Positions 10,001 through 19,847 of a stretch of 64,000 nt of DNA are shown one piece after another. The notes beneath the pieces are model-generated. The model saw only the letters and a list, made by a program, of their open reading frames with translations. It had not been told where the DNA came from and made no database searches. The stretch covers positions 12,462-76,461 of the forward strand of contig JBAMMA010000019.1 of NCBI GenBank assembly GCA_039794005.1, in the 5' to 3' direction. Source of the stretch: Thermoplasmata archaeon (GTDB taxonomy: Archaea; Thermoplasmatota; Thermoplasmata; Thermoplasmatales; ARK-15). The translations under genes were made by a program, and so were the position numbers. Each line of letters starts with the position of its first letter. Within the stretch, counting starts at the first letter, position 1.

Positions 10001-11869
10001 TCCTGATTGACCTGTTGGAACTGAATACATGTGAAGATTTGCAAGTGAATATATATTATAAATACTGCCTTCCCATGAGAACCATCCAGTCCATACATTC
10101 AAAGTTGCCTCAATATTTATTGAATAATATAATACATTAACAGGGATAGCTTCGCTGAGTATCCCCTGGGCCCATTTTGTATAATAAATCTGCTGACTTG
10201 GATTAAATGTTGTTAAGGCTTTATTTATCACATCGTTAAACTGCCATGCAAGCTGTGATGTCTGGTTATCGGCCAAAGTCTTTATATTTGGGAAATTGGG
10301 ATTTGTATAATTTGAAGGCCAGAATGCTTCATAATTATTTGGAACATTCATTCCAAATATATCCGCAAGATTTCCTATTGGATCAAGACTTAGAGACCAA
10401 CCCAAGGTTAACATCTGGTATTGATAAGCAGACATTAAAGCAACAAGTGTATTGAAATCCTGCGCCTTGGCTACTGCATTGATTCCAATCTGAGACATTT
10501 TGTATGCAAGGGCTTCGCCTACCTTTACCCTTATAGGATCATAATCCGCTGGAGGAGTCAAAATCGTGATGGGTGGCATTGGTTGTCCATTTGGCATCAT
10601 TCTCCATCCATTTGGACCTATCGGGAAGCCCGATGTATTTAATATATAAGATGCATTTGATGGCGAATATGGATATCTAACAACTGATGAGTTATACCAT
10701 GCTGTGAAGAATGGTGGCTCAGTTGAGTCACCTGGTTGACCTAAACCAGCCATATAATCTTGGACTATTGTATTTTTATCTATAAGATGTGAGACAGCCT
10801 CTCTAAATGCTAAATAATTCATGGGCTGTTGAGCCATATTGAATGCAAGATAGAAATATCCATTGTTTGGACTGTAAAACAAGTTTATATTCGGATTAGA
10901 TTTCAATTCAGGAACATAACTTCCCGGTATTGACCATGCAATATAATCTACATCTCCTGTTTGCAGGGCCAATATTGCAGTATCTAATGTTGTATAAATC
11001 TTAAAGTATATTTCTGTAACATTCCTTGGATAAACAGAATATCCGGAAGGCGTTACATAATTCTTTCCCCAGAAGTATTTATTTAATTTAATAATTTCAT
11101 AAGAATTCTGAACACCACCTGCATAATAATAATTACTTGTTCCCATAGTGGCCAAAGGACTGCCTGTCCACTGAGTATTTACAACACCGTTGGTACTGCC
11201 ATTTGGATTAACTACTGGTGGTTTTGTATTATTATCATACGGTAATCCTGTTACAGTAAGATGATTTTTCCAAATCTTCCATGGTATTATGGGTATACTC
11301 ATAGTACCCATGAAGAATTCCCCATAGGGCTGATACATAGTGAATTCAACGGTAAAGTTATCTATAAATTTCACATGACGTAGCATTTCATAGTATGTAA
11401 CATAACCATATTCCTGATCATCGAAAGGTGTTGTAAATGCCGATCCAGAAACTGTTGTTCCATACCTCTCAGCAAAATATGAAAAAACAACGTCTTTTGC
11501 TGTTAATTCATATGCAGGCGTGCCATTTCCTGGCCAAACAAAATAAACACCCTGCCTTATATGAACGATTAATGTTAAATTAGAAGGATAAAAAGTAGCA
11601 TTCTGCGCTAAATATGGTACCATTTCACCATTTTCATCCATAGTATAGAGAGAATCCCATCCCCAACCAATTATATCAGCTTTCCAAACAGTATTTGTTG
11701 GAATGTTGAAATAGTTATAATTTGCCATATCTTGCTGCAATGCAATGTATAATATACCAGAAGAGTTTGTATTCTTATTTAAAGACACAGCAGAGCTCAT
11801 TGAGGAAAAGCCACTTAATAACACCATACCAACAACAAATAGACCAAGTGCTATCAATAATTCCCTCAT
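7100..11869 (-). CDS. Giant family-5 ABC solute-binding protein fused to multiple Ig-like (Big_1-type) repeats with a C-terminal TM anchor
   Basis: Signal peptide MRELLIALGLFVVG (likely start 11869, SD GGTGA). SBP_bac_5 motifs: PYLA, LTAKDVVFS, ALQTGDVD, YLAFN, FREAVSHLIDK. Repeats of the form V.v.n..G.Pv.g.....TN.NG; C-terminal hydrophobic helix followed by RKPKK. Confidence 0.88.
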   Translation of the reverse strand: MRELLIALGLFVVGMVLLSGFSSMSSAVSLNKNTNSSGILYIALQQDMANYNYFNIPTNTVWKADIIGWGWDSLYTMDENGEMVPYLAQNATFYPSNLTLIVHIRQGVYFVWPGNGTPAYELTAKDVVFSYFAERYGTTVSGSAFTTPFDDQEYGYVTYYEMLRHVKFIDNFTVEFTMYQPYGEFFMGTMSIPIIPWKIWKNHLTVTGLPYDNNTKPPVVNPNGSTNGVVNTQWTGSPLATMGTSNYYYAGGVQNSYEIIKLNKYFWGKNYVTPSGYSVYPRNVTEIYFKIYTTLDTAILALQTGDVDYIAWSIPGSYVPELKSNPNINLFYSPNNGYFYLAFNMAQQPMNYLAFREAVSHLIDKNTIVQDYMAGLGQPGDSTEPPFFTAWYNSSVVRYPYSPSNASYILNTSGFPIGPNGWRMMPNGQPMPPITILTPPADYDPIRVKVGEALAYKMSQIGINAVAKAQDFNTLVALMSAYQYQMLTLGWSLSLDPIGNLADIFGMNVPNNYEAFWPSNYTNPNFPNIKTLADNQTSQLAWQFNDVINKALTTFNPSQQIYYTKWAQGILSEAIPVNVLYYSINIEATLNVWTGWFSWEGSIYNIYSLANLHMYSVPTGQSGTTVIQQKVGNIVYPKQVESINAVIIGSQKVLINQPGFGISTSASSVPISVLVTNNFGLPVPNAYVKLTQYGNGSVIIGSSSGYTNMNGMFTTYITGSVPGFLTLKANVSYSNMSASAIQQIEVVQFVPNILFITASVSTPSLMPGETTLVKVKAVNQYGKPVSGANISIASNLIGFGNIYPLYNYTNANGIATFVYSAPSVSEMKNTYANRNLDGKLFISAKAPGYTVENQISLTVFDYNPYPSNWDQIHIIGATNYFVNQNDLKTTVEVQAVNINGNPISGMKIGISASNSTYIENYTYGITNLFGYTNITITFKPGLKTAGISITFIDSSEYLISDSLTIAYVNGVTPTNLYGGYISLYNTNTGMNSNFVNVNEKMHAFVVHLFNSYNMPVNGTIPIGFIVTASTTGSLLGLYDPNWTTNYSGTGIPQGYMNSLWELVGINLNTTYMGILPTMSGVFESQLDNQIEDPYLGSTASDYVLYGYGIYVDDSYITNGVGTFYLPGLVSPLMDTKIDLYAIPYAYAYYPYTSGIYPPGVIANGNFYIMGSEYLTNQIVVQRAMDVRIAIINVNNSFGFSGGSINVYAKLVNATDTPQVNQSLSFYSKLFVSNPSFINFVLPFGNLGIQPVYTYTTNSNGMVYATLPLKGTTSLLQDAMYVGWNYMPAYPKPTAQNAWGIASIVQGINIIVVPYQGLLYVSSNVYTLPYNSTAILTVNAYDQYGNPLSKSQISVTSSTGNVIGSGLTNNIGETTYYITPVNTTVNGNPFTIDTVIIKLSGNVFGGVYYLTLVSYAPQPSAQYINLMPSQVLTNSSYTIKGMIWAPSGIKNVVLYLDNPMNPFNVTYTEISPGIYQWYANVSGFYSGLNAVFLNLTDNNNVNIIVPEFFYYQPSQYATVADLNNTVTKISQSLTNTSENVKSTISSAQGSMNTAISVSILALILAIVAIVLAFRKPKKPETTSTGGNQTS

Positions 11870-11910
11870 GAAATTCACCAATTGTTTTATATTAAAATAA
11901 TATTTAAACA

Positions 11911-11934
11911 TTTTGGTATATTAATATACCAAAA
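11911..11934. promoter_or_regulatory. Perfect 24-bp palindrome in a divergent promoter region, candidate operator
   Basis: TTTTGGTATATTAATATACCAAAA equals its own reverse complement and lies between divergent starts at 11869 and 11968. Confidence 0.6.
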
Positions 11935-11967
11935 CTTTAAAATTATGGAAAATCATTCATATGCCAA

Positions 11968-13857
11968 ATGAAAAAAATATATGTAATTATTTATTTAATT
12001 TCAATAGCTTCAATTGCATCAATATTGAGGCTTATTCCATCATTTAATTATTATGTTTGGGGTGTAGATTTTGGGATATATTATAATATTTTAAAGAGCT
12101 TATCTATTCAAAATCTTTTATATAAACCAATGAATTCTATATGGGGTACTTCCGGATATGGATATTTTCCTGTACCATATATAATCATGATGGGTTTTCA
12201 TTATTTAACTGGATTAAGTATTCACTTTATAATGATGCATTTTCCTCAGGTATTTTCTTCTTTTACAGTTATTGGAATTTTTTTAATTTCCAGAGAATTG
12301 ACAAAATTTGACTTAATATCTTTAATTGCATCAATCATGGTAGCAATTAATCCATTTGATGTATTTGAGGAATCTATGATCGGTTTATTAATTTTTGGTC
12401 ATGTTTTTTTAATTTTTTCAATTTTATTTCTCTTACTATACATAAAATACAATAAAATGAAATATCTTTATCTTTCATTTACATTTGGTATTCTATTAAT
12501 GCTTTCACATCATCTCTCAACTTTGATGTTTATTATACCTTTAATTTTTATTTCTATTTATTATAAAAATCATAAGACACTTTTCTATTATGTTTTAATT
12601 TATATATCCATGGTGTTTGCATATTGGTTATTATTTATTCCCTCAATGAAATTTTTCTTTCAATATGGATTGTTAGGCATACCATTTTACTTTGTTCCCA
12701 CAATATTTTATTTAATTTATGTTATTTTATATTTTAAAATAAATAAAATTATTGAATTATTGAAATCTTATAAACTCAAACTTAAATTAACAAATTTCAA
12801 AATATTGATGAATAATTTAAATACTTACCTATTCGCTTTGATTGTTGGCTTAATTGTTGAAATTTTATTGTTAATTGGGATAGAAGGTATAAAAATAAAC
12901 TTAAATGTTTTCATTTTTTCAATACCATTTTTATTAATAATATCATTTTCAGGTCCAGGATTTCTGAATATCAAAAAATATAAAAATGCAACATTTTTAT
13001 TGATATGGATATCTTCATTAACAGTTGTATTTTTTTATTCGTTGTTTACATGGAATGGAATATTAATACCTTACAGATTCTTGGAATATATATTTGAACC
13101 AATGTCAATCATCTCCGGGATAGGAATTTATGAATCTTATTTAGTTTTGAATAAAAAATTCAATAATTATCATAATATAAAAATCATAAACATTAACAAC
13201 AACGTTTATAATATTTCTGGATTGAATATTAATAATGGTGCTACATACTTTAGATTTTATAACAACCATCCATTTTTGGGAAATAGATTAATTATAAAAA
13301 ATTATGGATTTAATATAATAACGATTTTTATTTCTATTTTAATAATAATATTTTTATTTAGTACAATTAGTGTATATCCAATTGTTGATCAAGTGAATGA
13401 AACTTCTCAAAATTATATAACTCCTTTAATGATGTCTGCATTGAATTACTTAATAAAATATGGAAATAGAAATTATTCAGTTGCAACGGATGCCGTAGAT
13501 GGATTATATTTGGAATCTTTTGGATTTAATTCTACATTTGAATATACATACAAATTATGGACAGGTGAAAATTGGACAGATGCAATTAATGAACTTTATG
13601 GAAACAATACATATCCAAAGATAGGATACGTTTTAATCAATTCAAACATGTTTTATAATGGAATATATGGATATGAGCTTAGTACCCATCCAAGCTATGA
13701 TCCCCCAATATATTTAAACAACACAACATTTAACAAATTTTTCAGACAACCATTTTATATTTTATATTACAATAATACATTTGATAATTCACAATGGGTT
13801 TATGTCTTTGGAGTAAATTGGACATATATAAACAATTATTTGAAAAATTCAAATTAA
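11968..13857 (+). CDS. Multi-pass membrane protein, putative GT-C fold glycosyltransferase
   Basis: About 12 or more TM helices. The first external loop has WGVDFGIYY...GYGYFP, followed by LSHHLST and PYRFLEY, and there is a C-terminal soluble domain. This architecture is typical of lipid-linked-sugar GT-C enzymes. Confidence 0.6.
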   Translation: MKKIYVIIYLISIASIASILRLIPSFNYYVWGVDFGIYYNILKSLSIQNLLYKPMNSIWGTSGYGYFPVPYIIMMGFHYLTGLSIHFIMMHFPQVFSSFTVIGIFLISRELTKFDLISLIASIMVAINPFDVFEESMIGLLIFGHVFLIFSILFLLLYIKYNKMKYLYLSFTFGILLMLSHHLSTLMFIIPLIFISIYYKNHKTLFYYVLIYISMVFAYWLLFIPSMKFFFQYGLLGIPFYFVPTIFYLIYVILYFKINKIIELLKSYKLKLKLTNFKILMNNLNTYLFALIVGLIVEILLLIGIEGIKINLNVFIFSIPFLLIISFSGPGFLNIKKYKNATFLLIWISSLTVVFFYSLFTWNGILIPYRFLEYIFEPMSIISGIGIYESYLVLNKKFNNYHNIKIININNNVYNISGLNINNGATYFRFYNNHPFLGNRLIIKNYGFNIITIFISILIIIFLFSTISVYPIVDQVNETSQNYITPLMMSALNYLIKYGNRNYSVATDAVDGLYLESFGFNSTFEYTYKLWTGENWTDAINELYGNNTYPKIGYVLINSNMFYNGIYGYELSTHPSYDPPIYLNNTTFNKFFRQPFYILYYNNTFDNSQWVYVFGVNWTYINNYLKNSN

Positions 13858-13892
13858 AAAAATTTTTAATTTTTATTGATTTTTAGCATATC

Positions 13893-15113
13893 ATGAATGA
13901 AGATGAAGGTAAAAATAAAATTTATTGGGCAGAAAGGTGGATGAAAATATTATCAGATGTGAGAGAAAAATTTTCAAAAGAAAAACCTTTTAAGAATTTG
14001 AAAATTGGAATGGCTCTTCATCTTGAGGCAAAAACTGCCGCATTGGCTAGGGCTTTAAAGGAGGGAGGTGCCGAAATATATATAACATCTTGCAATCCAT
14101 TAACAACAGATGACGATGTGGCAGAAGCATTATCAAAAGAAATGAATGTTTTTGCTAAAAGGGGGCAAACAAGGGAGGAATATTATGAAAGCCTTTACAA
14201 GGTAATAGATTCAAATCCAGATATAATTATAGATGATGGCGGTGATTTAACAACAATTTTGCATAAGGATAGAATAAACATTAAGGTAATTGGGGGGAAT
14301 GAAGAAACAACTACAGGTGTTCAAAGACTTAAGATTATGGAAAAGAATGGAGTACTGAGGTTTCCAATGTTTGATATAAATGATGCTGATATGAAACATC
14401 TTTTTGATAATAGATACGGTACTGGACAGAGTACTTTAGATGGTATAATGTCAACAACCAACATTCTATTGGCAGGCAAAAATGTTGTGGTTGCAGGATA
14501 TGGATGGTGTGGAAAAGGAATAGCAATGAGATTGAAGGGGATGGGAGCAAAGGTAACTGTAACGGAAGTAGATCCTATAAAAGCATCTGAGGCCTATATG
14601 GATGGTTTTGAAGTGAAAACCATGGAGGATGCAATAAAAAATGCAGATATTCTGATAACTGCAACAGGTGTAAAAGATGTAGTTAGAAAAGAGCATATCA
14701 TTAACGCTAAAGATGGTCTAATATTGGCTAATGCAGGACATTTTGATGTAGAAATTAATAAAAATGACATTGCTGATTATAGCATTGAGAAAAAAGTTGT
14801 AAGAAGATATGTCGAGGAATATAAATTAAAAAATGGAAATAAAATTTACCTCCTGGGTGAAGGAAGATTAATAAACTTAGTCGGTGGTCAAGGACATCCT
14901 ATAGAAATCATGGATCTCTCATTTTCCCTACAAGCTCTTACGGCAGAATATTTGGTTAAAAATAGAGAAAATTTGCAAAATAAGGTTTATCCAGTTCCAA
15001 AAGAGATTGATAGATATGTCGCGGAAATATTCCTAAAAATCAAAAATATAAACATAGACAAATTAACTGAGGAGCAGAAAAAATATATTGAATCCTGGGA
15101 TTCTGGCACATAG
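13893..15113 (+). CDS. ahcY: Adenosylhomocysteinase
   Basis: LHLEAKTA, SCNPLTT, DDGGD, EETTTG, FDNRYGTGQS, GYGWCGKG, NAGHFD, GHP. Confidence 0.97.
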   Translation: MNEDEGKNKIYWAERWMKILSDVREKFSKEKPFKNLKIGMALHLEAKTAALARALKEGGAEIYITSCNPLTTDDDVAEALSKEMNVFAKRGQTREEYYESLYKVIDSNPDIIIDDGGDLTTILHKDRINIKVIGGNEETTTGVQRLKIMEKNGVLRFPMFDINDADMKHLFDNRYGTGQSTLDGIMSTTNILLAGKNVVVAGYGWCGKGIAMRLKGMGAKVTVTEVDPIKASEAYMDGFEVKTMEDAIKNADILITATGVKDVVRKEHIINAKDGLILANAGHFDVEINKNDIADYSIEKKVVRRYVEEYKLKNGNKIYLLGEGRLINLVGGQGHPIEIMDLSFSLQALTAEYLVKNRENLQNKVYPVPKEIDRYVAEIFLKIKNINIDKLTEEQKKYIESWDSGT

Positions 15114-15121
15114 GTGAGAAA

Positions 15122-15748
15122 ATGAAAATATTGGTTATGTCGGACCTTCATTCAAGGGTAAACTATTTTTTGATAGATGATTTAGTAAGAAAACACAATG
15201 CAAAGTTAGTATTACTTCTCGGTGATCTGACAAATTTTGGTCCCCCAGAAAAAGTTTTGGAATTAAAATCTAAGGTTGTTGATATTGTTTCAATACCAGG
15301 AAATTGCGATCCTCCTGAAGTATTAAATATGATAGATAAAGCCGGTTTGATAAATGCGCATAAAAGGAAAATAAAAATATATGGATTGGAAATTGTTGGA
15401 TTGGGAGGATCTGACAGAGACTTCGTGAATATGGGAATATATTTCGATGATGATGAAGCTTATAAATTCTTACATGAAAATTTAACTGAAAATTCATATT
15501 TGATGCTTCATCAACCACCTTATGGAATTCTTGATACAGTCAGAACAGGCAATGGTGGAAATAGAGGTATAAGAAAAGCCATATTTGAAAAAAGACCAAA
15601 GGTTGTATTTTCAGGACATATTCATGAGGCTAGAGGTATTGAAGAAATAGATGGAATAAAATTTATAAATCCCGGAGCTGCAAAGGAGGGAAATTATGTG
15701 ATATTTGATACTGAAACTATGAAACCTGAATTTTTGAATTTTGAATAA
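15122..15748 (+). CDS. Metallophosphoesterase (calcineurin-like)
   Basis: SDLH, GDLT, PGNCD, HQPP, GHIHE, INPG motifs. Confidence 0.88.
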   Translation: MKILVMSDLHSRVNYFLIDDLVRKHNAKLVLLLGDLTNFGPPEKVLELKSKVVDIVSIPGNCDPPEVLNMIDKAGLINAHKRKIKIYGLEIVGLGGSDRDFVNMGIYFDDDEAYKFLHENLTENSYLMLHQPPYGILDTVRTGNGGNRGIRKAIFEKRPKVVFSGHIHEARGIEEIDGIKFINPGAAKEGNYVIFDTETMKPEFLNFE

Positions 15749-15749
15749 A

Positions 15750-16517
15750 TCACCTTTTTTCAAGATCTAAACCTCCACTATAAACACTCTGAATAATGTA
15801 ATAAATATCTTCGAAACCTTTCATATCTTTTGAAGAAACGAAGGAATATCCGGCAAGATTTCCCATGGCATCCAGGGCTTTAAAGATTTCAGTGAAATAT
15901 ACCGATTCTATTTTTTTACCCTCATTTCTTAAATCTTCATACAAGATATCTCTATCGTTGTTCCACATCTTTAATCTAGTTATATCAGCATCTGATATCA
16001 AATCTATTTTGTTAAACACATTTAAATATGGGGAATAAAACCTAAAGTATATACTTGCTGAAAGCATATTTAATGATACATAGCCTGAGGGCGTCTGGGC
16101 AATCATTGGGTCCATTAAAAATATAATAAATCCATGATTTTGTGAAATTCTTTGAAATATCAGTTCACTAGAGGTTCGAAAAGCGAACAATTCCAATTGC
16201 CCCGGAGTATCAAATATAATGTAATCGGGATCATTCTCTTCTGCTCTGTTTAATATATCCTCAACATAATTTATCATCATATCTGCAGCCAAAATCTGAG
16301 CTCCATTTGGTCCTAAATTGTATTCAGACATTATGTCCGATAAAACTATATATTCTCTGATATCAACATGCGGTTCATAAGGGATATAATCTGCACCAGG
16401 GTCCAGATTTACCAGATTTGCCAGATAGTTTTGATTTTCCATCCAATCATTAAAACCTGCGGTAAAAGTAGATTTCCCAGAACCTGCCGGACCAACAACA
16501 AATATCTTTACGCTCAT
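15750..16517 (-). CDS. GPN-loop GTPase
   Basis: GPAGSGKST, VNLDPG, LGPNG, DTPGQLE, NKID. Confidence 0.92.
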   Translation of the reverse strand: MSVKIFVVGPAGSGKSTFTAGFNDWMENQNYLANLVNLDPGADYIPYEPHVDIREYIVLSDIMSEYNLGPNGAQILAADMMINYVEDILNRAEENDPDYIIFDTPGQLELFAFRTSSELIFQRISQNHGFIIFLMDPMIAQTPSGYVSLNMLSASIYFRFYSPYLNVFNKIDLISDADITRLKMWNNDRDILYEDLRNEGKKIESVYFTEIFKALDAMGNLAGYSFVSSKDMKGFEDIYYIIQSVYSGGLDLEKR

Positions 16518-19500
16518 ATGAAATCCTCCAGCCTCCTATATTTTTCATTTGTTTTAATTACATTTTTTTCTTCATTTCCCGTATTAATAAACAATGATTC
16601 TATGGCCATTTCGATGAATAATATTCTCTGTTTTGTGTAATTATTTACATTATATGCATTGCTTATCTTTTTTGATAATTCTAAATATTTTGTTATGCTT
16701 CCTCTTGAAGATGTTGTTCTTAGGTCTCCACCACATTCACATTTGCCTGTAAGTGGTATTCTTCTATATTTTTTATGGCATCTTGTACAAACAAATTCCT
16801 GTGTACCAAATTTTCTCAGATTACCTATCATATCTGGAATAAAATGGTGCGAAATAACCCTTGATGCCATATCGGATACATCATCTGCTCTTAATTTGAT
16901 ACCAAGGGATAGTTGAGCATCCGTTTTTTCTTCCATACTTTTCATATATTTATATCTTGATTCTATTACGCCTATGTTTATATTTTTTGTATCGTTTGTA
17001 AAACCATAGTTTTCATAGGGATTTTTATCCAAAAGCGATTTTATAGTTTTAATTTCTGTTATTTCAGAAGCTTTCTTATTTTGATAGGAATATTCTAAAA
17101 GTTTAACGGGATAATTATAAGATACATCCACATTTAAAGCCTCTTTATCAATTTCTGTAGGTGAAATTTTTATTGATACGAAAAGAGGTGCATCCATCAT
17201 TCCACCACGGGAGGAGGGGAGATAATGTCTGGAAAAGTTAATCAGAGCGTCCAACAATAAAATTATGGCATCTTCATCTCCATCACAGTTTCTTCTCTTT
17301 GCAGCATGGAAGAATGGATGGGCAAAGCATGCATTTGCTTCAGTTATTCCAATTATTCTTCCCAGTACACCGCCTGAAGTATGTGGAGATATACCTATAA
17401 CAAGATGACCAATTAAATCTGTAGGTTCTTTTAAATTATAGAAGGATGGCAATTTATAATATCTTTCTAATAAATCATCAACAAACTTAGAAACTTTGAA
17501 TAGATAGTTAGCAGCCTTTCTAGATATTATAATATCCTGCGGGAATATCTGAATTATTTGATCATCCCTTTTTATTTCCTCTCCGTAAATGTCTTTTGTA
17601 TAACCCAGATCCTTGCAGATCTCGGCATTTATTCCTATTTCGAATGGCTTGAAATGTGTGATTGCCAGATTACTCATATCAAACCTTGAAGTACCATCTT
17701 TGTAAACATAAATATCATTTATGGCCCTCAAAATGCCTTTTTCTAATGGCTCTGGAATAAATTCCTTCGAAATCAAACCCTTAACACCTTTTACCTTTGG
17801 AACTTCTTTGATATCCAAATTTAAATTATTTAAAGCATCTTTAAATAAATATTCAATATCTATTGAATAAATATCAGTTTTGCCGGTATATACTGTCCTT
17901 ACATTACATGTATCGCAGATAAACTTGTACGTTTTTCTTTGGCACTTTGGGCAGATTCTAGTGCCAAGTTCCACTTCTATGAATGTGGATTCATTTTCTA
18001 TCATCTTTTTTATATTTCTGTTGTGCCCTGATTCTTTACCCAATGGAAAAAGAACATGAACAGGGGGATCCATTTTTCTCTCTGCTGCCTTTTCTGGCCT
18101 TCCCATTCTAGTCCCTACCCTTGTTGGTGCCCTTGGATAAATTTTAATTCCATTTAAATCCTGAATTATTTCTAAAACATTTCTTTTTTCAGGAATTTCT
18201 ATTTCCTCTTCTATTTTCAAAAGCCTTTTCAAAATTTCCCCATATCTATTTAATATCAAATATCCATTTTCTTCCCTATGCAAAACACCTAGTCTGCATA
18301 GAATGTCCTTGATAATTTCATCCTTTTTTAAATAATAATTGTTATCCTTTTCTACTAGATTCTTCCTTAAATATATCCTCAATAATTTTAATTCATTTAT
18401 CTCTAAATCTTCCCAAAAAAGTGAATAATATGGATGTAATGGTAAATCATAATTTTTTGATATTTCAAGTGCTTCATCGAAGTTTTCGGGTGTTTTTTCT
18501 ACGCCTCTTTCCTTTGCCATTAAATCCCAAAATTCCCTTGTGAAAGAGGCTGGTCTAAGAGGATAATTATTTTCAATAAATTCACCTATAGGTATTAAAA
18601 TTTCACCGTTATCGTATATTTTTACCACATCATCTCTAATTTTTATTGCCAGATCGAAGTCATTTACCTGCATGCATTCTCCATTTTTCAATAGAATTAT
18701 TGGACCTTCGACTGAATCACAGGATGTTATTCCTCCAGCTTTACCGGGGAATTCTATTTTTAACTGGGTACCAATGGCAATAAAATCATCCATTATAACC
18801 ATTGTTGCCGGGTTTATGGATATTGTAGCCAAACCTCCAGTTCTGCATCTTCCATATCTTAATCTAAACCCTCCTTTAAAACCAGAATATGAAAATATTG
18901 GCCTTCCTGCAACAACGTCTTCCATGAATTTTGAAGATCCTTCAGATGTTTCGCTTTTTGTTCCGGATATTAATTTGTCCAGGAATTCCCAATCATCAAG
19001 TTTTAATTTTTCAACAATACTTTTTAATTTCCTTGCCTTTTGTATAATACCCTCTGCTAAAACTAATGCCATTCCTCCCCTGATTCTGTTTGTTTCGATT
19101 TCGGGAAGATCTCTATATCCAGAAACCTCTGCATTAATAGTTCCTTCACCATCAATGCAGACTGGGCAACCGGAAACGACATATTCTATTTCCTCTGGCG
19201 TTGGAGAATATTGCAGATGCTCTTCCATTTCATACCTCTGTATCTCCTCCTTATATCTTTCAATAATCTCTCTCCTTGGCTTAAACTTGGAAATGTTAAA
19301 TTCCCTTCTTAAAACATCACCAATTAAAACGCTTATTGCCTGGCCAGTCCCTCCAGCACCCCTAATGGGTCCCGAATAATATATGGATAGATATTCACTT
19401 CCATCGATATTTTTCTTTATTTTTATTTGGGTTATGCCGTCAATCGGCGCAACCAAAACACCTTCAGTAACTACGGCCAAACCTACCCTGATTCCATACT

Positions 19501-19777
19501 CAATTGCTTTTTCTCTGTTTTGTGAATACTTTTTTGCAACCTCCTTTGATATTAGAATTGATGCCATTTCCCTGTCATATTTCTTCAGATATTCCCTTAT
19601 GATATCTGCAATATTTTCAATCCCGGTTAAATGTTCCACCCTTTTTGCCAAATCCTCAGCTATGGGTATTTCAACATGATCTTCAGGGTCAAGATTTTTG
19701 CTTCTTGCAATCTGTGCAATGGAATATATTCTTTCAGCTTGATTTTTTAAATGATTAAAATATTCATCCGTATTCAT
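16514..19777 (-). CDS. polC: DNA polymerase D large subunit DP2
   Basis: GPIRGAGGT, GGFRLRYGR, RMGRPEKA, KDGTSRFD, HAAKRRNCDGDED and Zn fingers; no intein evident. Confidence 0.97.
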   Translation of the reverse strand: MNTDEYFNHLKNQAERIYSIAQIARSKNLDPEDHVEIPIAEDLAKRVEHLTGIENIADIIREYLKKYDREMASILISKEVAKKYSQNREKAIEYGIRVGLAVVTEGVLVAPIDGITQIKIKKNIDGSEYLSIYYSGPIRGAGGTGQAISVLIGDVLRREFNISKFKPRREIIERYKEEIQRYEMEEHLQYSPTPEEIEYVVSGCPVCIDGEGTINAEVSGYRDLPEIETNRIRGGMALVLAEGIIQKARKLKSIVEKLKLDDWEFLDKLISGTKSETSEGSSKFMEDVVAGRPIFSYSGFKGGFRLRYGRCRTGGLATISINPATMVIMDDFIAIGTQLKIEFPGKAGGITSCDSVEGPIILLKNGECMQVNDFDLAIKIRDDVVKIYDNGEILIPIGEFIENNYPLRPASFTREFWDLMAKERGVEKTPENFDEALEISKNYDLPLHPYYSLFWEDLEINELKLLRIYLRKNLVEKDNNYYLKKDEIIKDILCRLGVLHREENGYLILNRYGEILKRLLKIEEEIEIPEKRNVLEIIQDLNGIKIYPRAPTRVGTRMGRPEKAAERKMDPPVHVLFPLGKESGHNRNIKKMIENESTFIEVELGTRICPKCQRKTYKFICDTCNVRTVYTGKTDIYSIDIEYLFKDALNNLNLDIKEVPKVKGVKGLISKEFIPEPLEKGILRAINDIYVYKDGTSRFDMSNLAITHFKPFEIGINAEICKDLGYTKDIYGEEIKRDDQIIQIFPQDIIISRKAANYLFKVSKFVDDLLERYYKLPSFYNLKEPTDLIGHLVIGISPHTSGGVLGRIIGITEANACFAHPFFHAAKRRNCDGDEDAIILLLDALINFSRHYLPSSRGGMMDAPLFVSIKISPTEIDKEALNVDVSYNYPVKLLEYSYQNKKASEITEIKTIKSLLDKNPYENYGFTNDTKNINIGVIESRYKYMKSMEEKTDAQLSLGIKLRADDVSDMASRVISHHFIPDMIGNLRKFGTQEFVCTRCHKKYRRIPLTGKCECGGDLRTTSSRGSITKYLELSKKISNAYNVNNYTKQRILFIEMAIESLFINTGNEEKNVIKTNEKYRRLEDFI

Positions 19778-19847
19778 TCTATTATTTTTAATTCTATAAG
19801 TTTAAAAATATTTTTATATTCAAAAGTGAAAATATTTCATTGAATAT

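Noticed and set aside
18672-19679. Long antisense ORFs (235 and 98 aa) within DP2; similar ones in gdhA and the nuo genes
   Set aside because: Codon-register shadows of conserved genes with no recognisable motifs
16514-19777. Intein in DP2 (or LonB)
   Set aside because: Lengths are normal, motifs are contiguous, and no C...HN splice junctions or LAGLIDADG motifs were seen
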